Positions 11,898 to 24,800 of a stretch of 48,768 nt of DNA are shown piece by piece. Source of the DNA: Octopus bimaculoides (taxonomy: Eukaryota); assembly GCF_001194135.2 (NCBI RefSeq), contig NC_068985.1:15483844-15532611 (forward strand), in the 5' to 3' direction. Numbering within the stretch: the stretch's first letter is position 1; the number at the start of each line of letters is the position of its first letter. Below the pieces are notes generated by a model. It saw only the letters and a program-made list of their open reading frames with translations, did no database searches and was not told the origin of the DNA. The translations under genes were made by a program, and so were the position numbers.

Positions 11898-12297
11898 GTG
11901 CAGGAGTGGTTAGGTGGTAAGAAGCTTGCTTCCCAACCACATGGTTCAGGGTTCAGTCCCACTGTGTGGCACCTTGGTCAAGTGTCTTCTACTATACCCT
12001 CAGGCTGACCAAAGCTATGTAAGTGGATTTAGTAGATGGAAGCTGAAATAAGCCTGTTGTATATGTATGTATACACACACACACACATATATATATATAT
12101 AAGTGTGTGTTTGTCCCCTACCATCGCTTGTCAACCAATGTTGGTGTGTTTACATCCCCGTAACTTAGCAGTTTGGCAAAAGAGAATGATAGAATAAGTA
12201 CTAGGCTTACAAACAATAAGTCCTGGGGTCGATTTGTTCAACCAAAGGTGGTGCTCCAGCATGGCCGCAGTCAAATAACTGAAACAAATAAAAGTGT
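11898..12297 (+). mobile_element. SINE family A copy (further + copies near 5035-5298, 15815-16210, 40135-40460)
   Basis: Reverse complement of the family A sequence. Confidence 0.8.
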
Positions 12298-12566
12298 AAT
12301 GGATAATGTATTCATGTATACACTATCACATCCACAAAAATGGAGTATGAGAGGGTGACATGGCTTTATGCCAGGTGATGAGGCTAAAGTACAATAGATG
12401 GACAAGCACAAGTGTCTTGGTACAGAGACGACATATGGCTACCCTGTATTATACAAAGGTGGGAAGAGTTCGGAAGGGGATAAAGATGTTAGTGGTGGGT
12501 TGCCAGTACAAAATGGATATAAAATGATGATGATGATGATGAAATTTAGAATAGTGCACAAAAACG

Positions 12567-12572
12567 TTTATT
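12567..12572 (-). terminator. Putative polyadenylation signal (AATAAA) of the ALMS1-like gene
   Basis: tttatt on +, about 190 nt downstream of the stop codon. Confidence 0.5.
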
Positions 12573-12589
12573 AAAAATATAATACATAC

Positions 12590-12611
12590 AGGTATATATA
12601 TATAAATATGC

Positions 12612-12679
<68 letters not shown>

Positions 12680-12700
12680 TTATATATACATATAAATATA
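12590..12700. repeat. (TA)n-rich microsatellite in the ALMS1-like 3' UTR
   Basis: Direct inspection. Confidence 0.9.
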
Positions 12701-12762
12701 ATGTACATGGCTGTTGCTGGACATTTCAAACACTCCGGAAGTGGAGTTTCTCTGTTTTATCT

Positions 12763-12807
12763 TCATATCTTTTTACTGACTTTGTTCAAGATATTTTTCT
12801 GTACTTT
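12763..12807 (-). CDS. ALMS1: ALMS1-like terminal exon (KVQKNILNKVSKKI*)
   Basis: attaacag acceptor at phase 0, TGA at 12765-12763, AATAAA on the - strand at 12572-12567. Confidence 0.82.
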   Translation of the reverse strand, partial: KVQKNILNKVSKKI

Positions 12808-12912
12808 CTGTTAATATAGAAAAAACATAAATGAATAAATAATCAAATACAGGAGTGATAATGTAATAGCATGCCCTTAAAATATTAACTAAGAGCTGTG
12901 AGTTTTCATCAG

Positions 12913-12948
<36 letters not shown>

Positions 12949-15900
12949 CCCTGATGCAGTACCAGACAGTGGCTCTCATGGCTTCTTATCTTAACTGATT
13001 GGAAGTGTTATCATGTACATTGTTTTGTCTTTATATAAAAGACGGGTTACAGCAAATATTCCACTCAATACAAACAGATGTGCTTGTCAGTTGTTTGACC
13101 GTAACCAGTTGAGACATCCCTTGGTGGCTGACGATATGTGCATCTCTGATCAAGAGCAGGAGTAGTGGGGAAGCATCATAGCCATGTGTTGATTCTTTGG
13201 GGTTTGAATAATTCACCTCTGGAAACATGGGTGTTTCATTCAACATCCTTAAACAACTCTTATCCAGGGAGCTTTTGAGCAGGATGGGCTACTCGACCTG
13301 AAGAAAATTCTAACTGGGTCCCACCTGCAAGGTCATGCACAAGGTCTATCTTGCTATGAGATCACCATGTCATGCACATACGGTTGTGATGCATGTGTCT
13401 GGTCTATCCTTATCAGATGGGTATACTGGGCTTCGTATATTTTACCCCAGTGTCACTTTGATGGCATGCACTGCTCTCTCACTCAATAATAATAAAATTC
13501 CTTCCTACTATACATACATAACCTGCAATTTTGGGGGAAGGGGCTGGTCAATTACATTGACCCCATTTCAATGATTGTTTTGAAATTAAGGTAATGGTCA
13601 TAGCTTGCAGAGATGTTTACATTGCATTAAAACACATTGCTATACACCTAACATAAGAGAAGCCACAATAATTACATTCATTATTTAGTGATACATACCA
13701 TACTGAAAACACGACTTTTGGTCTTGTTATATTTATACTGAATCTTGCGGGTCTGTTCAACTTTTTGACTTATAACTTCTGGAAGATTTCTATAAAGCCT
13801 GTTAAAGATGAAGAAATTATGTGATTTAGAAAGAAATTATCAAAGGCATTCCTCTTCTCCTTTGCACTCCCACGAACTCCCTGCTCATTCGCCTTGTCCA
13901 ATCCACTGTACCACTCCACTAACATTCACCTCCCTGGACCTTGAGGGTATGCCCTGACACATTGCTGTCACCTCTCTCTCTCTCTCCGACTGGGGTAGCC
14001 ATGTATCTCCTATAGCAAGACACCTGTTTCTATTCCTCTATCATAATAAACTTCCCTTAATAATACTCCTCCATCAGTTGAAGAGCCTTGTCTTGCAAAT
14101 TACTTGCTGACCTTACCAGGGCTCAGTACATTCTATAAAGTAGTTGGCATTAGGAAAGACAGCTGTAGAAACCATGCCAAGGTAGACAATAGAGCTTGCT
14201 GCAGTCCTCTGTTCAAACTGCCCAACCCATGCCAGCATAGAAAACATGTTTAATCATCATAATGGTAATGACAATCTTATGGAACAATATGAATATTTTT
14301 GTAATCGTTGCATGCTTGTTATTTTTCTTTTTTTTTTCTACTCTAGGCACAAGGCCTGAAATGTTTGGAGAGAGGGCAGTCGATTAGATCGATCCCAGTA
14401 TGCAACTGTGGTCGCAAATGATTGCCCACACTGGAGACAAATACTGCAAAAGGGCATGAAATGAGTGGAAGAAAAACAGGAACTCACCACCAAAGAAAAG
14501 CGCACTCAACAGAAGGGAAAACCAGTAGCACTGGCAGAGAGATCCTTCAAATGCAGTCACTGTGTGTGTGTGTGTGACTGCCACTCCCGTGTGGGCCTGT
14601 ACAGCCACAACAGACACTGTATCACCATTAACAGCTAACACGATTTCTTCAAGTGCAGATCCATGGCCTCTTGAAACTGGTGGCTGCCTACTGTAAGCTA
14701 CGCATATTTCTAAAACATGTTATAGTCAAATTTCAAGGTGACACTCTCAGGTTAGACGACAACAAAAAAAATATTACATTTATTAAAGTCAAATAAGCAA
14801 ACCTACTTCCAGTTTAATTCTTTCATTTCTTGTTTGGAAAACGCTCTTTTCTTCGGCTTGTAAAGATTCTCTAAAATAGGTAAAAACATGAAAATGTATT
14901 AAACACAAAACAATAAATAAATAACGGAAGGCATGATGAGTGTTTGGTAGTAAAGAGGAAAGAAACTTTGGTCAAGAGTAGGCTGGCCAACTCGAATTAC
15001 ATTGTGGGCCATTTTAATCACAGAAAGATTTTTGAGGGCTGCTGGTATACTGACAGAATTGAAAGCACGGAACATGATGATGGATGACTTATACAATACA
15101 CATACACACACATTATATATGAGAGCTCTTCTACCTATTTTAGCAATCAATATTTTTTCCTGAAGATATTAAGTGATGCTAAACAAGAATTCTTACCACA
15201 AACGGGATCATTTTCAGATGCAGTTGTTGAGGGTTTCTTGTTCTGAAAGATTTTGTTGCGTTCCATTTCCATCTGCATCTGGTAGCGCCTTTCTTGTGCA
15301 GCCAATAAAATTCGTTTCTGCCGTTCTCTGCTCCTTGATATCCAATTTGGCATGTAGTTCTGAAAGGCCTCCTGAAGAGCAAAGCAAAGAAGAAGTAACG
15401 CCAACTCAAATGCCATCATGGTGGGTTGTTTGTTGTTGTTGTTTATGTCAATAATCAAAAACAGTCAAGCCATGACCATCCCTGTTGAATTTTTTTTTCA
15501 CAGATATAGCTTATCCAATGTGATTCTCCTACTTTTTATGTTGAACAGTATGATATGAGGGTAGATGAAAACATTTGGGGAAGCTTCTGGCTGATGAAAC
15601 ACAACAGTCGAAACAGCAGTGTCCCAGAATCCCTTGCATCAATGAGCTGAGTTCGTTATGAACACCCCATGAAAAGGAGTTACATCAGTAACTAGTATAT
15701 TTGCATTTGAATCTGCCAGAAGTATTAAAAATAAATAGGTGAGTCATTTCAGATTTTGCTGTACACAGTGCAAACAATTTTACATATATAAAGGTGCATA
15801 GGCATAGCTGTAGGTACAGGCATGGTTGTGTGGTTAGGAAGCTTGCTTCTCAACCACAAGGCCTCAGGTCCAGTTCCACTGCGTGGCACCTTGGGCAAGT

Positions 15901-18900
15901 GTCTTCTGCAATAGCCTTGGGCCGACCAAATCCCTGTGAGTGGATTTGGTGGGCAGAAGTTCTGTTGTGTGTATGAAAATGCTTGTGTCACCTTTAATGT
16001 GGTGTCTATGTGTGTGTGTGAGCATATGTGTGTTAATGTATTGGTGTCTCACTGCCTGATAACTGGTGTTGCTTTGTGAGCAGTCTGATGAAAAGAAACT
16101 GATAGAATGAGAACCAGATGAACATAAATACTGAGGGTGATCTGTTTAACAAAACCTTACAGAGCAGTGCTCCAGCATAACTACAGCTCAATGTTGGAAA
16201 CAAAAGAATTAAAAAAAAAACCCACCTGTAATGTTATTCTTGGTTTGTTGCTCCGCGAAGAAAATGAATGGCTGTCGAATGAGTTATTGAAGATAACAGG
16301 TATCTGCTCTTTATGTTTGCTCACTTTCCTGACACCTGCTGAATCACTCCTGATATGTTTCTGACTTCGTTTACAATTAGAAGTGCCTGATGCTCGACAA
16401 TTATGATCAGTTCTGCTTATATTCGTTTCAGAGAGGGACACAAACCAGGTTTCACCTATTTTCTCTACAATAAGAAAAGAGCACCGTTTAGAAAATTAAA
16501 ATCACTTTCCCCAAGATACAATACTTTTTCTTTACATCGCTTTCTATTTGCATGCTGACTGGGATGTGGAGTAGTGCCCTCAGGCACGTCCTCTATAGGG
16601 TCCAATCAACAGCAACCATCATTAGACTTTTTGGATTCCCAAGTGTAACCAACCGAGACTGATATTATCCATCTCATTTTTGCTCTCTCCTTAAGTCTTC
16701 TGCCAGTTGGCTTCACTTGAAGAATCCATCTTGTGATTCTTTCCTGCTGCGTTCTAACTACATATCCAAAGTACCAGAGCAGTAACCTCTCAATGTGGAG
16801 AAGAAGTGGCTCAACTCAGAGAAAATCCCTGATCTGCAAGCAGCACATCTCTATCAAGTATCATTATTTCAGAGATCCTTTGGAGGAATTTCTTTTTTTG
16901 TTTACTTAAATTCTGGATGATGCAGCCTTAGATATACATACAGATAGGATGATGACAGCTATAAAGGCTTTACTCATAGGTCTGCTCAAATACAGGTGAC
17001 CTTGGGCGAGACAGTAATAGCAGAAATTCAATGCTTTAAATCAGGGGTTTTCAAACTTTTTGACTTGCGGACCCCTTTATATTTCAGGCTTTACCTTAGG
17101 GACCCCCTTATAAACGCTTGTGAAATTTATACATAAATATTTGCTTAAAATAACATATATTTTTACATTTATTTATTTAACAGTATTTAACAAATAGGTT
17201 TATTGTCAATTCAAAGAATTCGATTAAAAAGCATATATAAAATCAAATTGCCCATAAAAAGTATTTGCTGTCCACGGACCCCCTGTCTTGTCCTTGCGGA
17301 CCACAGTTTGAAAACCCCTGCTTTAAATGCGCAACTTTTGAGATTATTGATATCACAAAAGTAGTGTGGCTGTGTAGTTAACAAACTTGCTTCCCAACTA
17401 TATGGTCTTGGGTTCAGTCCCACGGTGTGACACCTTGGGCAAGTGTTTTCTACCATAGCTCTGGGTTGAACAAAGCCTTGTGTGTGGATTTGGTAGGAGA
17501 AACTAAAAGAAGCCTGCCATGTATAAGTGTGTGTGCGTGTGTGTACTATTGTCTAGACATTATGTGATGTTTGTAAACGAGTATTATTATCATCCCCACC
17601 ATACAAGTGATGTTCATTCCCAGTCTTTTGTGACATTTTCTTGTCTGGAAAGAGATAAGGGTTGGCTGTAGAAAATCTTCCTCTGTAGAATCTGTTTGAC
17701 TCATACAAGCATAGAAAATTAGATGCTAAAATGATGTTGTGTTTATCATGAATTGATCTGTGGTTATGTAGGTTAGCAATCAGTCAAAAGATTCTGCTTG
17801 TACTGCAACAACTGGACACAGCAACCACCCACAATGCTCAGCTATCCAGAGTGCCCCGACTATTGCTCATGCTTACATGACTGTGCTTTGAGCGTGTGCA
17901 TTTTTTACATAGATTTATGTACTCATAGCCATCAACATGGGACCAGTAAACAGAAAAAAAAAAAACAGAGATGATCATAAAAATATATGATGGTGGAATC
18001 TTTGCTACTATGAGCCATGAGTCTATCAGTTCTTCCATTTACAAAGTGCATGGAAATAATTCGTCGAGTTGTCGTCATCATTTAACATATGTTTTCCATG
18101 CTGACATGGGTTGGATAGTTTGACAGGAGCTGCCCAGGCTCCATGTCTGTTTTGGCATGGTTTCTATGGCTGGATGCCCTTCCTAATACCAATGAACTCT
18201 ACAGAGTGTACTGGATGCTTCTACAGTGCTGGCATGGGTGCTTTTTACATGGAACCAGCAACCACGAGCCCATAAGGTTAGGAATGCTCAGCTGGAAAGG
18301 GATGCAGGGAACAATCCTGTATGCAAGGACAACAATGCTTTTACTTAGCTTGGTGTGTCTTTTGAAGCACAGTAAACCATCAGGAGCTTTGGTTCTCTGT
18401 CATCCCTTCAGTGAGTCCCAACATCCATAGATCTTTTCTCACCCCTTTGTCCCATGTCTTCCTGTGTCTACCCCTTCCACATGTTTCCTCTACAATTTGA
18501 AACTGGCATCTCTTGATGCAGCTGTCTTCATTCATACAACCAAACCACCAAGATAAACAAAGATAGATGTACAGGGTGGTCCAAAAGTAGGTTTACAGTT
18601 ATTGGGTAGGCACTTTAAATTTCTTTTAAAACATGTTATTATATTTAAACCTCATCTTCATCATCATCATCGTTTAACGTCCGCTTTCCTGCTAGCATGG
18701 GTTGGACGATTTGACTGAGGACTGGTGAGCCAGATGGCTGCACCAGGCTCCAATCTGATCTGGCAGAGTTTCTACAGCTAGATGCCCTTCCTAATGCCAA
18801 CCACTCTGAGAGTATAGTGGGTGCTTTTACATGCCACCGGCACAGGGGCCAGTCAGGCGGTACTGGCAATGGCCATGCTCAAATGGTGTTTTTTTACGTG

Positions 18901-21747
18901 CTACCTGCACAGGAGCCAGTCCAGTGGCACTGGCAATGACCTCACTTGAATGTTTTTTCACGTGCCAGTAAGGCAACGCTGGTAACAATCACGCTCAAAT
19001 GGTGCTATTTACATGCCTTCTATCTTACAATTAACTAAATTGGCATAGAATAATGATTTCATATTTTTTTATAATTAAGTTCTAAACTGTTAAAATATGA
19101 ATGCGAAAGAAACAGTTGAATAACTGTAAACCTACTTTTGGGCCACCCTGTATATAGTAATTTCATTGTAAGACAATGTGGTAAGAACCTTATGTGGCTG
19201 ATAAGTTTTGATAAAAATACCTTTCTCTGCTAATTTCCTCTGCTGGTTGCTATAATGACAGTCAGGTGGGTGGAGGGTTTTGGTTTTTGATTTTTGCTTC
19301 TTTGGAGTCCACATGAAAGGCACAGGTATAACTTTGAGATCTTCAGCAGGACATGATTTGGGAGCAATTTGGATTTCACCTGGTGCTGACAGAAGAACAT
19401 GGAATAAATAAGAATGAAAAGTATATAATTATAAAAATAAAAAGNNNNNNNNNNNNNNNNNNNNNNNNNNNNNNNNNNNNNNNNNNNNNNNNNNNNNNNN
19501 NNNNNNNNNNNNNNNNNNNNNNNNNNNNNNNNNNNNNNNNNNNNNNNNNNNNNNNNNNNNNNNNNNNNNNNNNNNNNNNNNNNNNNNNNNNNNNNNNNNN
19601 NNNNNNNNNNNNNNNNNNNNNNNNNNNNNNNNNNNNNNNNNNNNNNNNNNNNNNNNNNNNNNNNNNNNNNNNNNNNNNNNNNNNNNNNNNNNNNNNNNNN
19701 NNNNNNNNNNNNNNNNNNNNNNNNNNNNNNNNNNNNNNNNNNNNNNNNNNNNNNNNNNNNNNNNNNNNNNNNNNNNNNNNNNNNNNNNNNNNNNNNNNNN
19801 NNNNNNNNNNNNNNNNNNNNNNNNNNNNNNNNNNNNNNNNNNNNNNNNNNNNNNNNNNNNNNNNNNNNNNNNNNNNNNNNNNNNNNNNNNNNNNNNNNNN
19901 NNNNNNNNNNNNNNNNNNNNNNNNNNNNNNNNNNNNNNNNNNNNNNNNNNNNNNNNNNNNNNNNNNNNNNNNNNNNNNNNNNNNNNNNNNNNNNNNNNNN
20001 NNNNNNNNNNNNNNNNNNNNNNNNNNNNNNNNNNNNNNNNNNNNNNNNNNNNCGTTAAACGATGATGATGATGTGTATATGTTTGTGTTCGTCCCCCCCC
20101 CTAACATTTCTGCCAGCTTGCTGCCTTAAAAATGGACATTAGAAGATGATGATGATGATGATGATGATGATGATAAAATGACTACATAAAGAAAACAATA
20201 ATACTTACAAGTGGGTTTGATACTTGTTTTGCTGTATGATGTAGTACACTCAGCAGTAGTTTGATACTTGGTATTATTTTCAAGATTAGGGGATGTCTGC
20301 ACAGCTACTGATATTTTGCTCATCTCGGCTTGGCTAGCAGAATAATTAAGGTTAGCATCACAGACAGTGAGAGGTGAGGGCACCATGGTTGTTGCATCTT
20401 GTTTTGGGAGGACTTTTCTAATAGGTTTTCTTTTATCCGAAACCTCACTGAAAGTTGGTGCTTCCATAAAGTGACGATCATCTCCTTTCGGTTGTCTCTC
20501 AGTAGACTGACCTTTCACATTATGCTTGCTTGGAATGTGGTCAACAGTTAGGGACGATGTTCCAAATTTTGATTCAGTGCTCCTGGCAGTGTTCCTTGAA
20601 GTGAAGTTAGTAGAAGTTACTCGATATGGCCGTTTAGGGTGTTTAAGCCTTGAGCTGTGCCTAGGCTTTGAAGTCAATCTTTCATTGCAAGCTCTGCATT
20701 TACCACAACATTGAGAATACACAGGGATCTTTTTGGATGAAGATTGCTCAGTTGATTCCATTGTTGAATTAGTCATGCATGTTGCAGTGGATGTTGTGGA
20801 CAAGCTATTCATTTCTGAAGCCAAAATGAGATCATTCATTTGTCGTGTTACTAAAATGCTGGTCAGTTTATGCAGTTTCTCTTCACTGGCTTTGTCTCGT
20901 TTCTTCATTAGCTCACATTTCTGACGCTGCTTTTCAATCTTTTTCCTCAGTTTGGCAATCATTGGGTCAAAGGAACCACTATAAACAATATTGGCATTCT
21001 CTCTTTCTTCAGCACAATATGAACCAGACATCGTTTCAACATTTTCTGAAAGACTGTAAACTGACTCAGCGCCACTTGTAACCGAACTCTGAGTAGAATC
21101 ATCAACCTCTCGGAGCTTCTGCTTCAACAGTGATTGCTTTTGTAGTTCTAGATTTTGTTCAGCTCTTTCAGCTTGCTGCTGTCTTTTTTCCTCCAACAAG
21201 TTGATTGAACGACGCACCAATGCCTGAGTTGGATTTTTTACAAGGTGCTGTATCTGTTCCAAACGACTGCTGTCAAGACTGTTCTCAGGAGAAGGTGGTG
21301 CTGCTTGTTGCTTAAATTTCTGCCACAACAAGTCAAGTTCCTGGGCTGATCGCGAAATTCTAAAAGCAAATAGAAAGTTTAAAGTATCTATGAATAACGT
21401 TGTATAAGTTTTAATGAAATAACAAATACAGCGATGCATGAGGCAGATATTGGAATCTAATCAACGACATTTTGCTGACTGTTCAGTCTTCAACTTCTCT
21501 GGTTACTCTAGTAGAAACACAGATACCACTATTCTTACTTAGCAACGCTAAACACAGCCATGCATACCCAACTGTAAAACTTGCACTTTGACAATTCATG
21601 CAAAACATCTAAATTTTCAAAAAGCCATCTGAGGAGGGGGAAAAAAAAAAGGAAAGGCACATATCTTGGAAGGTAAAGACTACAAAATCTATGGTAATAA
21701 GCATATACATACCATATTTGCCACTAAATTAGCAACGTGCCAACGTA

Positions 21748-21838
<91 letters not shown>

Positions 21839-24800
21839 AAGGTGAAGGGATATCCAAGTCAAAATTACTCACCTCTGGCTATAAGAATCCTGTCTTGAAA
21901 GTTGACTCTTGGTTGGTTCTGTTGGTTTGTAAGTCTGAAATGAAACACAAGATCTTTGTGGTAGATTAAGGAAATTACAGGCTTAGACATTCAGTTATTG
22001 TGATTCACTCCACTCCAGGAGTGGAGAATAATTATCAAAGAAACTGATGGAGTGGCAGTAGATTGAAAGTACTGAAGGACTAGTTGATTTCATTTAATGA
22101 GCAATCCATAAATATAGTAACATTTAAACATCAACAAAAGAATTTGATTTTCTTTGTTAATAGAATGTTTCGCTATAGATAAGTGGTTCTAAATCCTTTG
22201 GACTTTGAGGCACACACATCATCATCGTTGTTCCAATATCTGGTTTTCCATGCTTGTATGGGTCAGATGGAATTCATTGGGGAAGATTTTCTATGGCCAT
22301 ATGCCTTTCCTGTTGCCAACCCTCACCTCTTTCCAAGCAAGGCAATATTTCCCCCATGGCCAGACATGCTTTTCATGGAAGACTAGAAATAAACAACATC
22401 GCTTGTATGACAGTGAGGCTCATTTACAACCATCACATGATGTCAAGACAATGATACACACACACACACACACACTAGGTTTCTTTGGTTTCTGTCTACT
22501 CATAAGGCTTTGGTCAGCCCATGGCTAGAGTGGAAGACACTTGTCCAAAACATTATCAAAAATAACTAAAGCTCAATTTGAATAGAATTCACTAAAATCC
22601 AACTTACCACACACATATCACTTCTAAAAATTACTTGTTCCCCATTAGGCAAGTTGTGACCAGTCATGGTAAGATCTCCCCAGGCTTGCTGCATCCCAGT
22701 TTCTTCATTTTTAGCCAATGCAAGTACAAGTGCATCTGAATCGTGGCTGACGAAATGTGAACTTTCTATAGTCTTGCTGCTTGATGTCGCTGACTCCGGG
22801 TCAGTGCTGAAGTCACTGGGTGTCTCAACTGTTGTTACTGATTCGAAAGACGACTGTTTGTAGCTGTTGGCATCTCGTTGTATGCCATGCACAACAGTGG
22901 TTTCCTTATGTTTAACGCCTTGTAAATCAAGACCTTCATGACGGCCATTTCTGTGTCTCTGACAGCCTTTGCTTTTTGTGGGATCAAATTGTTCTTTTGA
23001 GCTGGAATTTTTTCTGAACGATTCGAGCTGATCAGAAGACACATAATCAACTTTTGATGCAGTATGATGTACTTCATTTGGATAGTTTGATTCCGAAAGC
23101 TTCTTTGAATCAAATCTAGAATAAGTATCCTGACTGTCAACCCAGTTTCTCCTGGTTTCTCTGTAAGAGGATGTGCTCTCTTTTATTTCTTGTTTACTTT
23201 TAGTCTTCATTTTATCCTTGTCATTCTACAAAAGAAATTAAAAGCAAGAAATATAAATAATTAATAGAATTTTCAAAGCAAAACTTCAAAGCCATAGAAT
23301 AGTAGAGAGAGCAGAGGCAGTAAATATCAGATATGATGATGATCATCATCGTTTAACATCCGCTTTCCATGCTGGCATGGGTTGGACGGTTTGACTGAGC
23401 ACTGGTGAGCCAGAGGTTGCACCAGGCTCAGTCTGATCTGGCAAAGTTTCTACAGCTGGATGCCCTTCCTAATGCCAACCACTCAGAGAGTGTAGTGGGT
23501 GCTTTTTACGTGCCACCGGCATGAGGGCCAGTCAGGCTGTTCTGGAAAGAACCATGCTCAAAAAGTGTTTTTTACGAGCTACCTGCACGGGAGCATGTCC
23601 AGTGGCACTAGCAACGACCACGCTCGAATGTTGTCTTTCACGTGCCACCGGCACATGTGCTGGTAACGATCAAGCTTGAATGGTGCTTTTCACATGTCAC
23701 CATCACGAGAGCCAATCCGTGGCCCTGGCAACGATCACGCTCGGATATGCTCTTAACGTTCCACTGGCATGAGTGCTGTCTCACTGTAAGCTGTTTGGTA
23801 TAGCTGTGTCATTTAGAAATTCACTTTGTAATCATTTTGTTCCAGGTTCAATCCCACTGTACAGCACCATGGGCATGTGTCTTCTACTATTGCCTCGAAT
23901 TAACCCAAGCTTTGTATTTGAAATCTGGCTGGAGGAAACTGTGTAGAAGCCCTCAGATGAACTGTAATTGTTCTGGGATGGTAGACTTAATAATCTGTCA
24001 CCCAATTTAAGCCCATTTCCGGTGCTCTTGGGTGCTTTTAGCAGAATCCACTCTACTGTAAATATTCAAACCAGGTCTCTGGCTTTTCCCTTGCTTTCTC
24101 CGATTAGTCTTGAAAGCCATGTATGAGGGCTTCTCTTCCATCTCTGACTAAGACAAGAAATTAGGTCAGTGGTGGTGGTGTTGGTGGGGCAATAAAGAGG
24201 GAGTGCAAAGAAAGCTGAGATTCCTATATTAGCTGATGAAGGAACAAATAAAGATGAGAATAGCATAGGCGTGGCTACATGATAAGAACTTGCTTCCTAA
24301 CTATATGGTTCTGGGTTCAGTTCCAGTACATGGCACCTTGGGCAAGTGTCTTCTATTATATAACCCTGGGCCAGCCAAAGCCTTGCATGGATTTGGTAGA
24401 CAGAAACTGAAAGAAGCTCGTTGTATGTACGTGTATTTGCTACTGTCCCCATGCCTTGACACTGCATGATAGATGCAAGTGAGTGTCACCATCATGCAAA
24501 CATTCCTCATCATCTTCGTTTAACGTCTGCTTTCCATGCTAGCATGGGTTGGACGATTTAACTGAGGACTGGTGAAACCAGATGGCTACACCAGGCTCCA
24601 ATCTGATTTGGCAGAGTATCTACAGCTGGATGCCCTTCCTAACGCCAACCACTCTGAGAGTGTAATGGGTGCTTTTACGTGCCACCGCCATGAGGGCCAG
24701 TCAGGTGGTACTGGCAACGGCCACACTCAAATGGTGTTTTTTATGTGCCACCTGCACAAGAGCCAGTCCAGCGGCACTGGCACGATCTCGCTTGAATGTC

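Noticed and set aside
16085-16100. CTGATGAAAAGAAAC core-like string
   Set aside because: No helix II possible; lies within a decayed family A SINE.
17838-18038. Possible ALMS1 exon with gtaagc donor
   Set aside because: The needed phase-1 frame hits a stop, and the chain closes without it (19221 to 16464).
24066-24266. Possible ALMS1 exon
   Set aside because: No compatible donor/phase; 25085 joins 23225 directly at phase 0.
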